A stretch of DNA of 64,000 nt from contig JBLDXI010000020.1 in assembly GCA_047495785.1 (NCBI GenBank), positions 372,001-436,000 on the forward strand, in the 5' to 3' direction. Shown here piece by piece: positions 22,276 to 35,663 of this stretch; the stretch's first letter is position 1; each line of letters starts with the position of its first letter. This DNA is from Lepidodermella squamata. Its lineage: Eukaryota > Animalia > Gastrotricha. The position numbers and the translations under genes are program-made. A model generated the notes under the pieces. It saw only the letters and a list, made by a program, of their open reading frames with translations, was not told the DNA's origin and ran no database searches.

Positions 22276-25200
22276 TCACAGAGTCAGGTGATTAGAGCAA
22301 CGCGAGTCTTTAAATTCCTTCGGAAATACGCTAACTTTTGTTAATCTCAGTCCGTCTCGGAGTTTAACCATAAAATGGTCCTGGCTCAGGCGGCTGGTAC
22401 CATGGTGGAAGATAAGGGGGCGGCGCTTGCTGAAGGACAGGGCCGTTGTTTGGCGATAAATTATAGTAAACCTGCATTAGAATTTTACACTTAAAGAAGA
22501 AACGAATGTTTGGAAATAAGTAACCTTAGGCTGCTCAACAGGTGGAGTGGTCACATCTCTGCTCAAGAAATAAGGACCAGGCGGAGGATCGTCAGCTGGT
22601 TGCTCCTCTGCGAATCGCGTCTCAGAAGGGGACAGATTGTTGCCGCTGAATTGCGCTAAAATTCGCGATCGAACTATATTCAAACCAGGGAATAAGTGTG
22701 ATTATGATAGCTTACTGCAAATTCCTGTATCCCGGTTGCTTGGATCGCAAGTAAGACAAGTGAGACCAGGAGCACAAACGCGCTCACGCCGAACTCTTGG
22801 CCAGTAAGCAGACGACCATATCGTGCCAGGATACATGGAAAGAGCTATTCGCTCGGATGTGGAACATGATTCACCACTATTGACTGTATCGTATCGGCCT
22901 CGCGGTAGACACATACGCATCGACATGGTTACTGGATATAACGGGCCCAGGTATGCCCGCAATTCGACAGGCTCTGCATCATTTAAGCAGCTAAAAAATT
23001 TCGGAAAAATATAGCAGCAATAATTAAAAACCAGGTCAATGTTACCTGCAAACATTCTGTGCGCAACGTGTGGCCTGGCTATTTCCAGGGTAACAGTCTT
23101 CATCCGTTCGACACGATTCACCGATGAATTCTATAATGAAGACAAGAAATAAGAGATTATACACCCCTTTTGAGTAACTGGCTTACTATAACGGCATCGT
23201 TGAACTGACTGGTCGAATACTCCAGCTGGACATGCGCAAGTTTTGCTGGTAACAGAGCATTCCAAGCCTTGGATAGGGTTGCAGAGATCGCTCATTGAAA
23301 TACACGGCTCGCCGAGGCTTTTGATCGTAAAGCAGCTGTTGTCTCCATCCTTTAATAGAATAAATTCGCATTTAAAAGAAGGTTTTACTCAATTGGACAT
23401 TACCATTAGAGTTAGTGCACGAGAACGCATTCTTGCGCTAATAGCGTTCTGGAGCTCGGTTCCGGAGTTGGCACATTCAACACGGCCGAATCGACAAAAT
23501 GCACCCATTGGATAGCGCTCGTTACCGGTGATATTCGGATTCATACGCATGGCACAAGGCTCGCGAAGTCGCTTTGGAATCAGCTGCTGGCAACTGCCTG
23601 CATAGGCAACTTGTCCATCGGGGCAACGGCACGTACCAACCGGGCACGTCGGATTGAAGCCAGGGCTTATAGCGCACGATTGGCCGGTAAAAGGACACTC
23701 GCGATCCGACCTACATGTTCCCGAGCCTCCAGCATCGGAGTAAAACCACGGTAACTCGACTGTAAAAGAAAGGCATGAAGAAGTGTTATCCCAATGAAAA
23801 ACTTAATTCACGTTTGTTGTCGTAAATCGGTCCCACCGTTCTTTGAACGTATTGCAGAGCTGTAAAACAGGGTATTCATAAAACACGGACTTTGTTGATC
23901 GAATTATATTACGATAAGCCGTTGGAACTGGCGGAAGTGGCTCTTGGGTAAGGTAGCTGTTAGAACCTATAACGCGAGATTAATAATGACAACCAGTTGC
24001 AATTGGAAAACAAACCGATTTTCAAAGGTCTCTGGCAACTTGGCCACAGATCGCCTGGACATTGCATGCAGATTGAATCAGCACCGCATACTCGAATATA
24101 CCCGCCATAGCTAGATTCAGTCCATGGCGATAACGTGCAGTTCTGACCTGGATACTGATCAATATGCAAGTGGTAGATCGATTTTCTCACGCAGATCGGC
24201 ATCGACAGGTAGAGGTTGGAGCCGTCGACAATCGAAACGCCATCGGTGCGAAGTACGTCTGTTTTCGTGTGCGTAGCTGGGTCGCAAAGGCAGAGACCAC
24301 TGATGCACCTGGCTCCGCCTTCCCTTCGAGCCTCGCTGTAACTGCCAGCAGAATAGCAGTCGGCATCGACAGCGCATCGGTCGCCGTAAACTCTAGGAAC
24401 GCAGGTGAACTTGTTACGGGCAGCATCGCTTAACCAACGATATCCCATTGAACAGTTACAGCGTCCATTTCCCGCGCAAATCAACATCTTCGTATCGTCA
24501 CAAATTGCGATAACAGCAAGTTGGCGGTTATTGACTACGGCGGTGCGGGTCAAGTTAGCCGCACAAATTTCGCCATACGATATGATCATATTTACACTGG
24601 TGCGGGCATCCACAGTAGGCAAAACAACTAGCGCTGCCGTAGAAGGGCGGGCAGTTACAATAGGCATGCATGCGAAACCCGACCACTTGATGTAACAAAA
24701 GTTTAGCATTAGAAAAATAATGTAAAAAATCAGCTTACGGTGAAACCGAGCGTGCAGATAACACGCTTTGACAGCGGGTCGCAAAAAGCTGCGGTTGGGA
24801 AAACTTCCCACACAGTCGAGCCGATGCAAGTCGAATTAATCGTGAGGCTGACGAGCCGATAGCAGTAGCCATCAATCGGGTCCAGAACAGCTCCAGCTGC
24901 GCATTGGCAAACACCCGATCGCGCGCAGCCAGGTGAAAACTGTTCGGTCGAAATCGAGCATGTTGAGTTTGCGTCAAATCGGTTACAATCGTCGTCAGTC
25001 GAGCATCCACGACCGTGAGCTTTGCTCTTCAAACCCGATATATAGAGAGTTGGACCGCCGCTTCCTGAAGTGAATCAACACTCTAAATTAAACCATGAAA
25101 ATTCATTCGAAACTTACGGCATCGACCGAAACCTGGGCCAAGCTCACTCGCATCCTCTGGGCATTGAAAGCAACCAAGGCCTTCGAATCCGTTGCACCAA

Positions 25201-27195
25201 GAGTTGTCGGCCGGGTCGAGTTTGCAAGCGAGACCTTTGGCAACGTTTATCGAAGAACCACCTGGCACGCAAATATTGCGGACAATGATTGATGAATTGT
25301 TGTAGACGCCAGCTTGGGTTGCGATGAAACCCGAATCGCAGCCGCAACGTCCATTCACGCATGCTGTACCTCGGCTACTGTAAGTGCCTTGGCAATCCTC
25401 GTTTTTGGAACATCCATCGCCGAACTCACCTAAAATTATGATTTTGGATAAACAATTCTGGAGAAAGAAGAGAGAACCTACGTGGTTGGCAGAGTCCGTA
25501 TTTTGGATTAAACCACTGATTGGTTGAAGCGCAAGTACAGACTAATCCCTTAAAGGGCACAGAATTACAAGCCAGTCCGGGTCGACACCCGAAATCTCCA
25601 TTTGCCATCACCGTAGTCGCGGAGCAGTTTTCGCCAAATTCTCGATACCGCCAGACTGCGAAGAAGCCAGGCGTGAATACGCTAGCTGTCGGAAAAAACG
25701 CCGGAGTCGGTTGCGTTGAGAGAATGTACGAGACGAAAGATGGTCGGACGGACGAAAAAGCGGGAACTACTCGATAGCAGATTCCGTTGTAAAGCTAGAC
25801 GAGTAGATAGAAATTTTACAATCAAACTTACTAGAAAAAAGTAATTTTGTTTACAATCATTCCAACAGTGCAGTTGACAATGTTGTCGGGAGAGCAATAC
25901 GTATTGTTCGGCATCAACTCGTTGGCTGCATTAGTGCATGGCGATCCAATCGGGAGAAAAACATCTTAAAATTATTGAACGGAAAATGAAGTTGAGATAG
26001 GTATATAGAGCGCAGTTTTACATGGGCTGCAAATTCTGTTGGCGTCAGGAGCCATGTTGGGAATGCATGAGCAAACTCCGCGTCTGCAGGGCGGGTCCAA
26101 GAACCCCTGAGAGGCTGCAACCGGCTTGTCACAATGTTCGTTCGTACCACAGGCATAGTCGTCCAGACAATCGATTCCGAGCCGCGAGAACGGCTTCGGG
26201 GTCGTAGTTGGCACGTTGTAACGAGGAGTTGTCCTAGGTTGAACAGCGAGTTGGCACCGCCCCTCAAACGGCTGCAAACTATCATCGGGGCATCGAATGC
26301 AAACATTATCTCCCTGGCACAGCTTGTTATCGGCTGCGTTGCTGTACTTCTGGGCACTGACCGTGCAGACCGATCCGCTTGCTACATTTTGAGTCACATC
26401 TTTTGCTTGGCATATTGTACGAGAGAACGTTGATGTCTCGTTGAAATCGTAAATCGCCACTGCAACGTGATCTGCGTCACAAGCGCATCGCCCCGAAACA
26501 CAGGCGTAACCAATAGAAGCGTACACGCCCGAGGCACACTGTTCGTCTTTTTCGCAAGGATCGCCGAAATCACGTGGCCAGCAATCTTCGTCGGCTGTGT
26601 TGAAGTAACGCGTAGGATCAGCGCAAATGCAGCGAGAATTGGAGTCGCAAGTCAAATAGCTGAAAGATCCAACGCCGCCACAACTTCCAGTCGAGCAGTC
26701 TTCGCCAAACATATGAACATCCGTGTCTGGTACGCAGTTAGCTCCGCTGGCCTTGAAATTCGCCGAACAAGCTACAACGCTGTTGGTACAAGTTGCATAA
26801 TCCGGGTAAATTTCATTGGCGCTTGACGTGCAGGCAGACTGAAGACCCAAAATTACATCTTTTTTGGAGATGAGATTCTTTTACCGGGAAATGAATGAAT
26901 CCGAACTCATTACCTAATTCGCAGTTGCCTGATGAGCCTCGATGGAATCCTGTCAGACATGCACATTTCCCTGCCTGGCATCCGCCGCCGGCTATAAATG
27001 AGTATTTTTGGCAAAATTCATTGGTTCCGCAATCAGAGTTGGCCAAACAATCTTGTAAAATTTGAAACACGTTTCACAGCTTCGTTATACTTGGCTTTAC
27101 TAACCTGTTCCAACTTTGTAATCGGCCCTTACATTTCGCCCGGCGAAAACCAGAATGATAACTACAGAAGTGGAAAATTTTCCGATCATAAACAT
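22276..27195 (-). CDS. Secreted cysteine-rich EB-module/EGF-like repeat protein, multi-exon
   Basis: Signal peptide MFMIGKFSTSVVIILVFAG and repeated C-x-x-D-x-x-C…C-x-x-G-x-C-x-C modules across many exons. The 3' end is uncertain. Confidence 0.7.
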
Positions 27196-27779
27196 TCAAA
27201 TTGTTCGCGATTGAGGGACTTTTGAAAATTGAATGAGGCAAGTTTAAACTCGCTATATCGTGATGGAATGCACCAGAAGGCGTGCGATTATAATAGGCTA
27301 ATAAATCGGCGCTATCGCTCGGATACCTTGGCGACAAGCGCTATTTAGAACTTCTTTTGTTTGTTTGCTGTAAAATATTTTTGACGCAGCCCGGCAACCG
27401 CAGTGCGCCAAGCACGTCGAGGCCCGGCTCTCATGAAAAAACTCAGATCGAGTCAATAGGAAGTTCAGGATGTAGCACGCTAGTAAGCATCGATTTTCGT
27501 AAAAAATTATTCTGTTCGTTTTGAAATAAAATTAATTTATTCATAGCTTTGTTTTCAACAAGTAAAGTACTCTACAAACCGAGTTAAAGGCACTCTCATC
27601 TTCACCTGAGTGTTGATTGGAAAAACTGAAAAGTACGCTATATAATAATGTATCAATAACCAAAAAATGAAGGTTCATTGTTAGCAGATGAGAAATAGAG
27701 CACTAGATAAAATTTTAGAATTTCAGAAGAAAATAATTATAATTCGGCAAATTTTCACCGCCGGATTTATTTATTCATT

Positions 27780-30700
27780 TTAATCGTCGAGATCCAAAGG
27801 ATCCAATTCGCTGGTTGCCTTCTTGTTGCCGCTCTTAGGCTTAGCGCTTCCCCGCTCTATTAGATAACAAAATTACAACACTATTTTCTAGCATAATCAA
27901 AAAACAAACCGGGTTTGGCTGATGCTGGAGGGCTCGTCACAGGTTCATCGTCTTCATTGGGTGGGTCGTCGTCCTTAGCAGCTGAGGTTGGGCGGAAAAG
28001 GTTCGCATCGCCGCCGACACTCGCCGCTGATGATGGGCGGAAGAGGTTCGAAGATGCCGACTCGGGCCGAAGAGATTTCGACGAAGCAGGACGGCCCGAA
28101 ACCGGACGTTCATTGTCCTCGGCCATGCCCGGTAGATCAGGCTCGATACCCGGTTCGTCGTCTTCGTCATCGTCGGCTACATCAGCTGCGAGTGATCGCA
28201 CCGATCGGGCCGATTGCGGTTTCGCTGACGGAGCCCGAGGCGGAGGGTTGCTCGGCGCTGGCTCGGACTTGGGCATCATTTCCTTGTTGATTTTCACCTC
28301 AGCCGCTATATCAGCCGCCACGTCACCCTCCTCGTCCGAGTCTGGGAATTCTGGGAACAGAAGCTGCGGAGGAGGCGCCCAGCCCTCGCCACCAGCAGGC
28401 GGCTGGCTTGGGTCAGCTTTTCCGGGTTGTTGAGGGGGCGCAGGCCTACCCCGATTCTGCGAAACGGTCACATTTCTTAATTTGAAAAATCAAAAACGGT
28501 AAAAATTACGCCTGATGGTCTACGCGGATCTGCCGAGCCAGTAACAGCAGCTAACGAGCCTGGGCGCTGCTGCGTTATTTCGTCGGCAATAGCCGCTGCA
28601 TTGTCGCCATCCCTATCACAGACGTAAAGTTCGAAATCAAAATGAATTCGAAATACTCACTTGTCGAGGCACATCAGCTGACCATCAGGCCCGACAACAA
28701 ACAGCTTCTGGGAAAGATCGATGGGCGGAGGAGGGGCGGGAGCGCCGCCTACAGGCATCGGCATCGGCGCAGTTCTGACCGGGAAGCAGCAACTGCACGT
28801 CAGCAGGTAGTTTGGTTTGGCTAGACCGCGTTGCGCTGAGACGTACTCTCGAGAGTCCATGGCCACGATGTCCTGCGGCTCGATGCCGCCGGTTTGGTAC
28901 TCCTGAGACACGAATTCGTTGAATGTCATCTTCTTTTTGTCCTGCTCTTCGTTGTGAAGGACGAGGGCGAAGTAACGCTCGTAGATGTCGATGAATTTCT
29001 GCCATGTGATCTTGCCGGCCGGGTGTTGCTTGCTCATACAGCCAGCGCAGCACAAAATTCTGACTTCTTCCTCGCGAAGGCAGAACATGATGAAAATGAA
29101 AAATCCTTGAGAAGCGTTGAGAATAGCATAGCCGTAGTCGTAGTAGATTGAATCGTAGGAAATACTCAAGATGCCTAGAATCCACGTTCCAGTCAGAATG
29201 ATGAGAAGGATAATTAGAGCCCAGAATTTCTTCTTCGACAGCTGTAAAAAGTTACATTTAGACAAACTTTACCGCATTATTTTTTAACATGCCTCGAAAA
29301 TGACTTCGATTTTCGCGCGCTTTTGAACTCCGTACTTGAACTCGACTCCGTAGACTTCAGCTTGGCTAAATGATTTGATCTTATGGCCTTTCACTTTGTA
29401 AATAACCGGCGCGACTTTGATCAGCATGTACAGCGATAGAACCCCAACAATCATGAACGGAACGAAGAAGGCCCATTTTATTATGCCGTCCAAGTCCATC
29501 CAACAGGAATAGGTTGAACCGTACGAGTCGAAAAAGCCCCCGGCAGTAACTACTACCGTAATAAGAGGAACGGCGAAGCCAAGGCCGTAGTAGGCCAGGA
29601 GATTTTGCCATCCCTTTCGGAATTTTGTGACAAATCTGAAATACATTGCCATGGCGAGGGAGCCGATCAAAGAGAACGTGAGTAGGCCGAAAAAGTGTAG
29701 CATGATTGAAATTATGCGGCAGGTCATTGGGCTGACTGTCAACTTCGCACCAGCAAGAAGCAGGGCTTGCGTCATGCCGATCGAAAAACAGAGTAGCATT
29801 ATGCCAACGCGTTCAGTGCTGAAGCGACGAAGTTGAATGTAAATCAGCAGGGTGAGGGCGAGACAGAGAATAGACAGGGCGCTGCCACCAACAACAATTA
29901 CTGACAAGGTATGACAGGTTAAATCGCTCTTAATTTCACATAAAATACTAACCGTTTAGAATCAAAGCAGCCAAATAGTAGGAATCAGGGATTACTTCTA
30001 CCATTGAAACCGCGAAAATGGTCATGTGACTGCAACGGCCTGAATCAAAGAAGATAATTAAAACCGATTTCAAATATTCTGATTTCTTACATCGAACGTA
30101 ACCGAATCCAGTGCCGTCAGTTGAATTATAGAAAGTTGTTTCGCATCCCGAGTCCTTCGTGCGCCACGTTGGTCCATTTATGTAGCCGAAATCGTAAAAA
30201 GTACAATGAGGCTGATAATTTCCGGCCGGAGCTTGATAGATCGGAAACCAAATCGTCAAATAAACATTTGCTGGCATTTTTGGTATGTGAGGATTCGTTG
30301 ATATTGACATGACCCCAGAATTTATCAAAGCCGGTGGCAGTTTGTAATCGTCGCTTACGTACGTGAAGCTGAAACCTTTCGCGCGAACTGAAGCCTTGAC
30401 GTATTGCGACAGCGTCGTTTGATTAGCCGCTGCCTGTGTGCTGTTGTAGATGCTCGATTTGAACTTGGTGGCGTTCACGTAGCAGTGCGCGATCAACGGC
30501 TGGTAGGCGCCGGGGTAGGACGAACGGTCGACGGCCTGCGGGGGGAAACTCCAGTTGCCACACTGCATTGAGACGAACATAGCTGCTGTGTCTTTGTCTG
30601 ACATGTTGCCGATGAACACTTCGGTGCCAGACATGACATCGATATAGGTCAACTTGGATCGCTGGGTTTCGCAATCAGGGCTCAGCATAGATTGGAATAG

Positions 30701-33700
30701 GTCAATGGCAGCTTCGTCAACCGACAATAACCGAGTCAATGCTTCGAACTCGCTGCCTGGCTCTTAAGCGAAAACGAAACTGTCAATATAGAGTAATGCT
30801 GCATTTCAAAGATTACAAACCTTCAAGCGGAGGGGAAAGAGCCTCGCCAAGAACAGGTTGCGTCAGGTATTCAAAACGCTAAAAAACCCAAAAATAACGT
30901 AAAAAATATTTAGAAATTCGTAACTTTTTACCGAGTTGAAACCATCAGCACCAGTGCATTTGAAGTAAGTTCGCTTTTGAAGATCAGCCAGTTTCGCATC
31001 GACGTCGGTGAATAGATCAGCGGGAATTTGCGGATAGGTCATGTCTAAATTGGGAAAAAATCTGATACAGGAGACAGCTCGCACTGACAAATAATCGTAC
31101 TGTTGTCAAAGTAGCCCATTTCACATTCGGGAAAGTTGGCCATGAATTGACGCGTCAAATTGAATTCTACGCAAATTCGAATGTTAAATAAGAACACGAT
31201 CAAATAATGTTGGACTAACTTGTCTCCACAGGTCTGTTTGTGACAGGGTCGATTCGCAAAAATCTAAGATGAAAAAAATTAGGGCTCAGCAAAATTTCAC
31301 AGCATGAACTCACGGCCCAACAGTTGCTCGAAGGCAGTAGCACATGTATTTCCCATTTCGAGAAACAATACGAGCAGCAGCTTCTTCGCCAGTTGTGCTG
31401 TTTTTGGTCGAATACCCGGCCTAAATTTTTCAGCTTAATTAAATCATCAGTCAAATTTCCGCATGAATCGCAAACCTTGACTAAAGCGTCTGTTTGCCCG
31501 CAGGTACAAATATAACCGCGATCATACGGAATTAGTGGATCGCCACGTTTATTCTTCAGAAATGAGCTTCCAGATACAATCTTGCACTGAGGCGGAATTC
31601 GCGAAGCTGCAACGCATCCACCGCTTGGAATTTTTCGATAGCCTGGCAAGCAATAGCAGGTATGTGGTCCGCCCTCAGGATATTGACAAAGCTTTTGTTC
31701 GTAAGACACAGAAAAAATTGAATTAAAGCTATAGATTTGCTGTCTGAAGCTTACCTGTTCAGTGGTGCAGCTGCTATAGTCAGCTTGGCATTCGTTGTAA
31801 GTGTCTTGAAAAAATATTACAAATTTGGCCATTTTCGCAACTAGAATACTAAGTGATTACATGGGCACCCGCACTCGGCAGCAGCAGCGGTGTCATCGCT
31901 GGTTTCGCCATAAGTGCACCCCATTGGCACTCCCTGGAAATCGTTTGGATATTTGTAGTACCCGAGATTACAGGCGCATCTGAAAATCCCACAACGATAA
32001 TCGGCTGTATCCTTTCAACAAATCAAATTAAAACCGGAAATTGTTGGTCAACGAATCAGCAGAGTTATCTTCGTAGCAATGAGTGTTGGCAAAAGTAGTT
32101 CCACAGTATGAGCAATCTTGAGATGGGCAGAGACGCGAAATGTAGATGTTACAATTTGCACTCTGTGTTGCCCCGGCCGAATCACCGGGAGATCCGCAAC
32201 CTGAAAATAACAAAGAAAAATTGTTAACAGCTAATAATGGTCGAACAACGGGAAATTCACCTCCGCAAACATCGGTACCGCATAGGCACGATCGAGCCCG
32301 CGTTCGTTGGCCGCTGAAAATGCACGGCGTAGTCACCATCTGGAAACTACCTTTCGATGGCTTTTGACATCCTCCCCAAGGTCCCCAAGCAGACCACTTT
32401 GGCTGGTCTATTTAAAGCGGGGATATTACGAATTCATCATCGAAAGCAAGCAATCCTTACATTGACAATATTTAGCTGTTACTTGAGAGCAACCACTCGG
32501 ATTACAGCTGCTAATGCACTTGCGCCAACGTCGGGTCTGCGAGAAAATAAGAAATCAGTCTCAAGTACAATGAAGGTCACGAATTTTATACTTGGGAGCC
32601 AGGCGCGAGAACGCAGTCGGCCGTCCAGGAGGTGTACTGTTAGCAAATTCATAGGCAATAATGGCTCGTTCATAGTCATTTTTAAACACACCTTTCCATA
32701 AACACCGGTCGAGCAATTAGCAAAGCTTAGAGATCCGAGAACTGAAAAATGGAGCAATTGATCACAAGCCTAGATTATTTGGCTATTGATAAAATCACCT
32801 CTTCGGCAAACGAAAGGCAGCGTCGAGTAGCAGCTTTTCGTTACCCAACCGTTGCCAGATGTACCATTCATAAATACGCATGTGTCGTTTGAAGCCGGTA
32901 AGTTAGGAGCAATATTTTTCGACCAATCTAAGCGGAACAACTTCAGATTATCTCATAAACGTGTAGATAAGTATCAAGATTTACATGTAACTGCTGGTGG
33001 CATCAAACTCTTCGCAGTATTTATCCAGTTAACTACGCTGCCAGAAGTATCGAATTCAGATTTAACGCCTATCCATCGCTGTTTGCTTTGAGAGGAATAA
33101 TTGTTATATTGAATGACAAGTTAATGCGGTTTTCCCTCGAACCTATTCCCGAAAATTCTCATCATGAAATCGTTCTCCTCATTGTTGTCCGGAACAGCCA
33201 GTGTGGCTGAGTTGGCAGCGCACCAATTTTGCGCAGCGAGATACGTCATGGCATTCGGATTGTAATAATAGCATCGCAACTATTTGCAGAGGTATGTACA
33301 AGCACCTGCGAAGTGAAATTTTTTATTTTATTACCTTATACTCAAACCACGTCAGGGTAGGATTTGGGGCAGACTGTAGCGGCGAGCAGTAAGACATTTG
33401 ACAAACTACGTAAGCGGTTTGGGAGCATGGTATGCTGGTCAAGTAGTAATTTGCAGGTAAATTTTGGCCAGCGTTGCCATTCTGATAAACGCCTGAAAAG
33501 ATGAAACATAGATTCAATTGTTACTGCTGGTCTTGGGATGAATTTACCGCAGTAACCAACGGTCGGTGTTCCGAAGTTATTGGGAAACCCCACAGCGTTG
33601 TAGAAGGTCTTGAATGTCGTACCATCTGCGATGTAACCGAGCCAAATGGTATATCTAATGGGATCGGCCAATTATAGTGACATTTTAATTCAGCTTTGTT

Positions 33701-34077
33701 AGCTTACCCGCTAGCAACATTCGCAAGCATCGACAATTCATACTACGATGAATGGTTTGTATAGCAAACAGTCAGCTCTAAATTTTACTCACATTGTCAG
33801 CAGGATAGGCTATTCTTGCCCCGTAGCCCAATTGACCACAAGCATCGTCTAAAATAATCAGTGACCGTTATTTAATCCACCATGGCTGAATTCATCTTTC
33901 ATTACCAGCATCACTCCAAGACATCGCATTAGTAGACAATAATTGATAGCATCGATAATCAGTTTCGTTCCATCCGGCCGGACAGTAGCTCATTGCGTAA
34001 GGCCCTGCTGCCGCTGAGTGGAGCAGGTAACTACCGCAAATCACAGCCGACCAAATTAAAATGGTTAATTTGATCAT
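27780..34077 (-). CDS. Adhesion GPCR (2 C-type lectin, 2 TSP1, EGF, GAIN/GPS, 7TM, long acidic/Pro-rich tail)
   Basis: Signal peptide, CPAGW..RCYQL, LRCYYY..AQNWC, WSAWGPW..RTRARSC, CYCLPGY, GPS CTFYD..W..SGC..RCSHMTIFAV, and secretin-family 7TM (SYGSTYSCWMD, ILTGTWILG, ILNASQGFFIFIMFCL). Confidence 0.88.
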
Positions 34078-34497
34078 TTCACGTTCACTTCTGTCAGGAA
34101 AAATGGTTTCATCGCAAAAAACACGTAATAAATTCGTCGGCTCGAATATTGGATAGAAACACTGCATGCACGTATGGCTTCATCAATTATTCATGGTTTC
34201 TTTGTTTGATACGCAAGGTGTACAGCGCACCTAAGGCGTCGTCAACGCTGCGAATAACATTTGGTAGGCATCGATCAAATCAGCGGTAGAGCGACGGCAT
34301 CCCACCAATTCGTTCGCCGCGGTGAAACCTGACCTTTATCGAATATTGTTCAGCCAGCATTAATTTTTCGCCCGTGTCGACGCAAGTTGGATTTTTACAG
34401 CACAAAAACATTAATTGTGAATAATACAAAACATATGAAACATAAACATTCGATTTTATTATTATTTGGCACTCTGAAGAATCACTTGCAGGAAACT

Positions 34498-34719
34498 TTA
34501 TTGAAAATTTACAATCCAGCGGCCTTTTAGTATACGACGCAGTAGAACTAACTTCCCGCCGACCGTCATTAAACGCCGATCCAGGCCGATGCTGTTTCGT
34601 CGACGAAGGTAACTTGGTCGATAAGTCCTTCGACTTTTAAATCGTACTATTTCGGTAGTAGATTCTGTCACCATGCGGCTCAAGAAGGAAAAAGAACTCC
34701 GCAGCATAGCCAAACTCAT
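34498..34719 (-). CDS. MRPL34: Mitochondrial ribosomal protein L34 (bL34m), intronless
   Basis: Presequence plus RTYRPSYLRRRNSIGLDRRLMTVGGKLVLLRRILKGR, the L34 pattern. Confidence 0.85.
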   Translation of the reverse strand: MSLAMLRSSFSFLSRMVTESTTEIVRFKSRRTYRPSYLRRRNSIGLDRRLMTVGGKLVLLRRILKGRWIVNFQ

Positions 34720-34869
34720 ATTTGCTCGTTTTAAAATATCGCCCTATTAAACAAAATAACTGTAAATTCGTTGTAAACGAAACGAAAAGAACGAAAAGCT
34801 TTTTATTTTGTCCTTTTTTCCAGATAAAACGAAAGAAAATGTACAATTTGGAAGGTAAGAAAAAAGGCG

Positions 34870-35663
34870 CAGGCACAGCACGAAAAAGCGCTTGTCCGGG
34901 ACAGTGCGCCACTCATAACACCGGACGGGCACATACTGAAATTATCACAAGGAGCGGAATTATCAGACACAGCAGAAGACAGAAGGCTAGTGATTAGCGG
35001 TAGGACGGGAGAAGAAGAAACAAGGAAATAAGCAGGAAGGGGAAGAAGAAAGAGGAGAGAGACTAACATTGTGGGACAGGGAGCGGGCCGGGCGGCAGGC
35101 GAGCGTTGAGAAGGAAGACAGGTGACTTCACAGGCGGCGACGCGGAAAGCCGAACATTCTCGATGTCTTCGCGAAGCGGCAGCACAAAGCGGACGACGTT
35201 GTCGGCATAGCGGCACTGGACGGCTTGTAAGTGCGAGGACAGACTGGGCAGGCGACAGCGCTGCTCCAGCGCACTAACACGAACGCGATCATCGAGACGG
35301 ACATGGAGAATGGCGCGCAGACAGTTATTCTGAAGCACGTCTAGGCGGCGGAGCTGTGTCTTCGCAGCAGACGCAAAGGAAACGAAGCCGAAGGTGGCGA
35401 TGGAACGGACGAGCGCCAGGTAGGCGGTGCGGCGCCACCGGAAAGACAGCCCTGGCCGGCTAACAACCGAGCGGAACCACAACAGATTTTCCCACAGCGA
35501 TGGAGCACATGGTCGATATGGGGCTTCCAGGTCAACTTCTCATCGAACAGAATGCCCAGAATTCGAAGTACAGAGACTTGCGGGATGACAGTGCCTCCAA
35601 GCACGAGCCTCACACCGGGGGGACGACGGGAGAATGCGACAACCTCACTCTTGGCGGCGTTGA
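34870..35663 (-). mobile_element. 5'-truncated non-LTR retrotransposon fragment (RT C-terminus and 3' UTR), frameshifted
   Basis: NAAKSEVVAF…LRILGILFDEKLTWKPHIDHV, then in another frame AYLALVRSIATFG…LDVLQNNCLRAIL, typical LINE ORF2 post-RT motifs, followed by a pyrimidine-rich 3' UTR. Confidence 0.85.

Noticed and set aside
29900-29952. Apparent non-canonical (AC-ending) intron in the aGPCR
   Set aside because: A canonical cttgtcag acceptor restores the frame (N-V-I-V-V).
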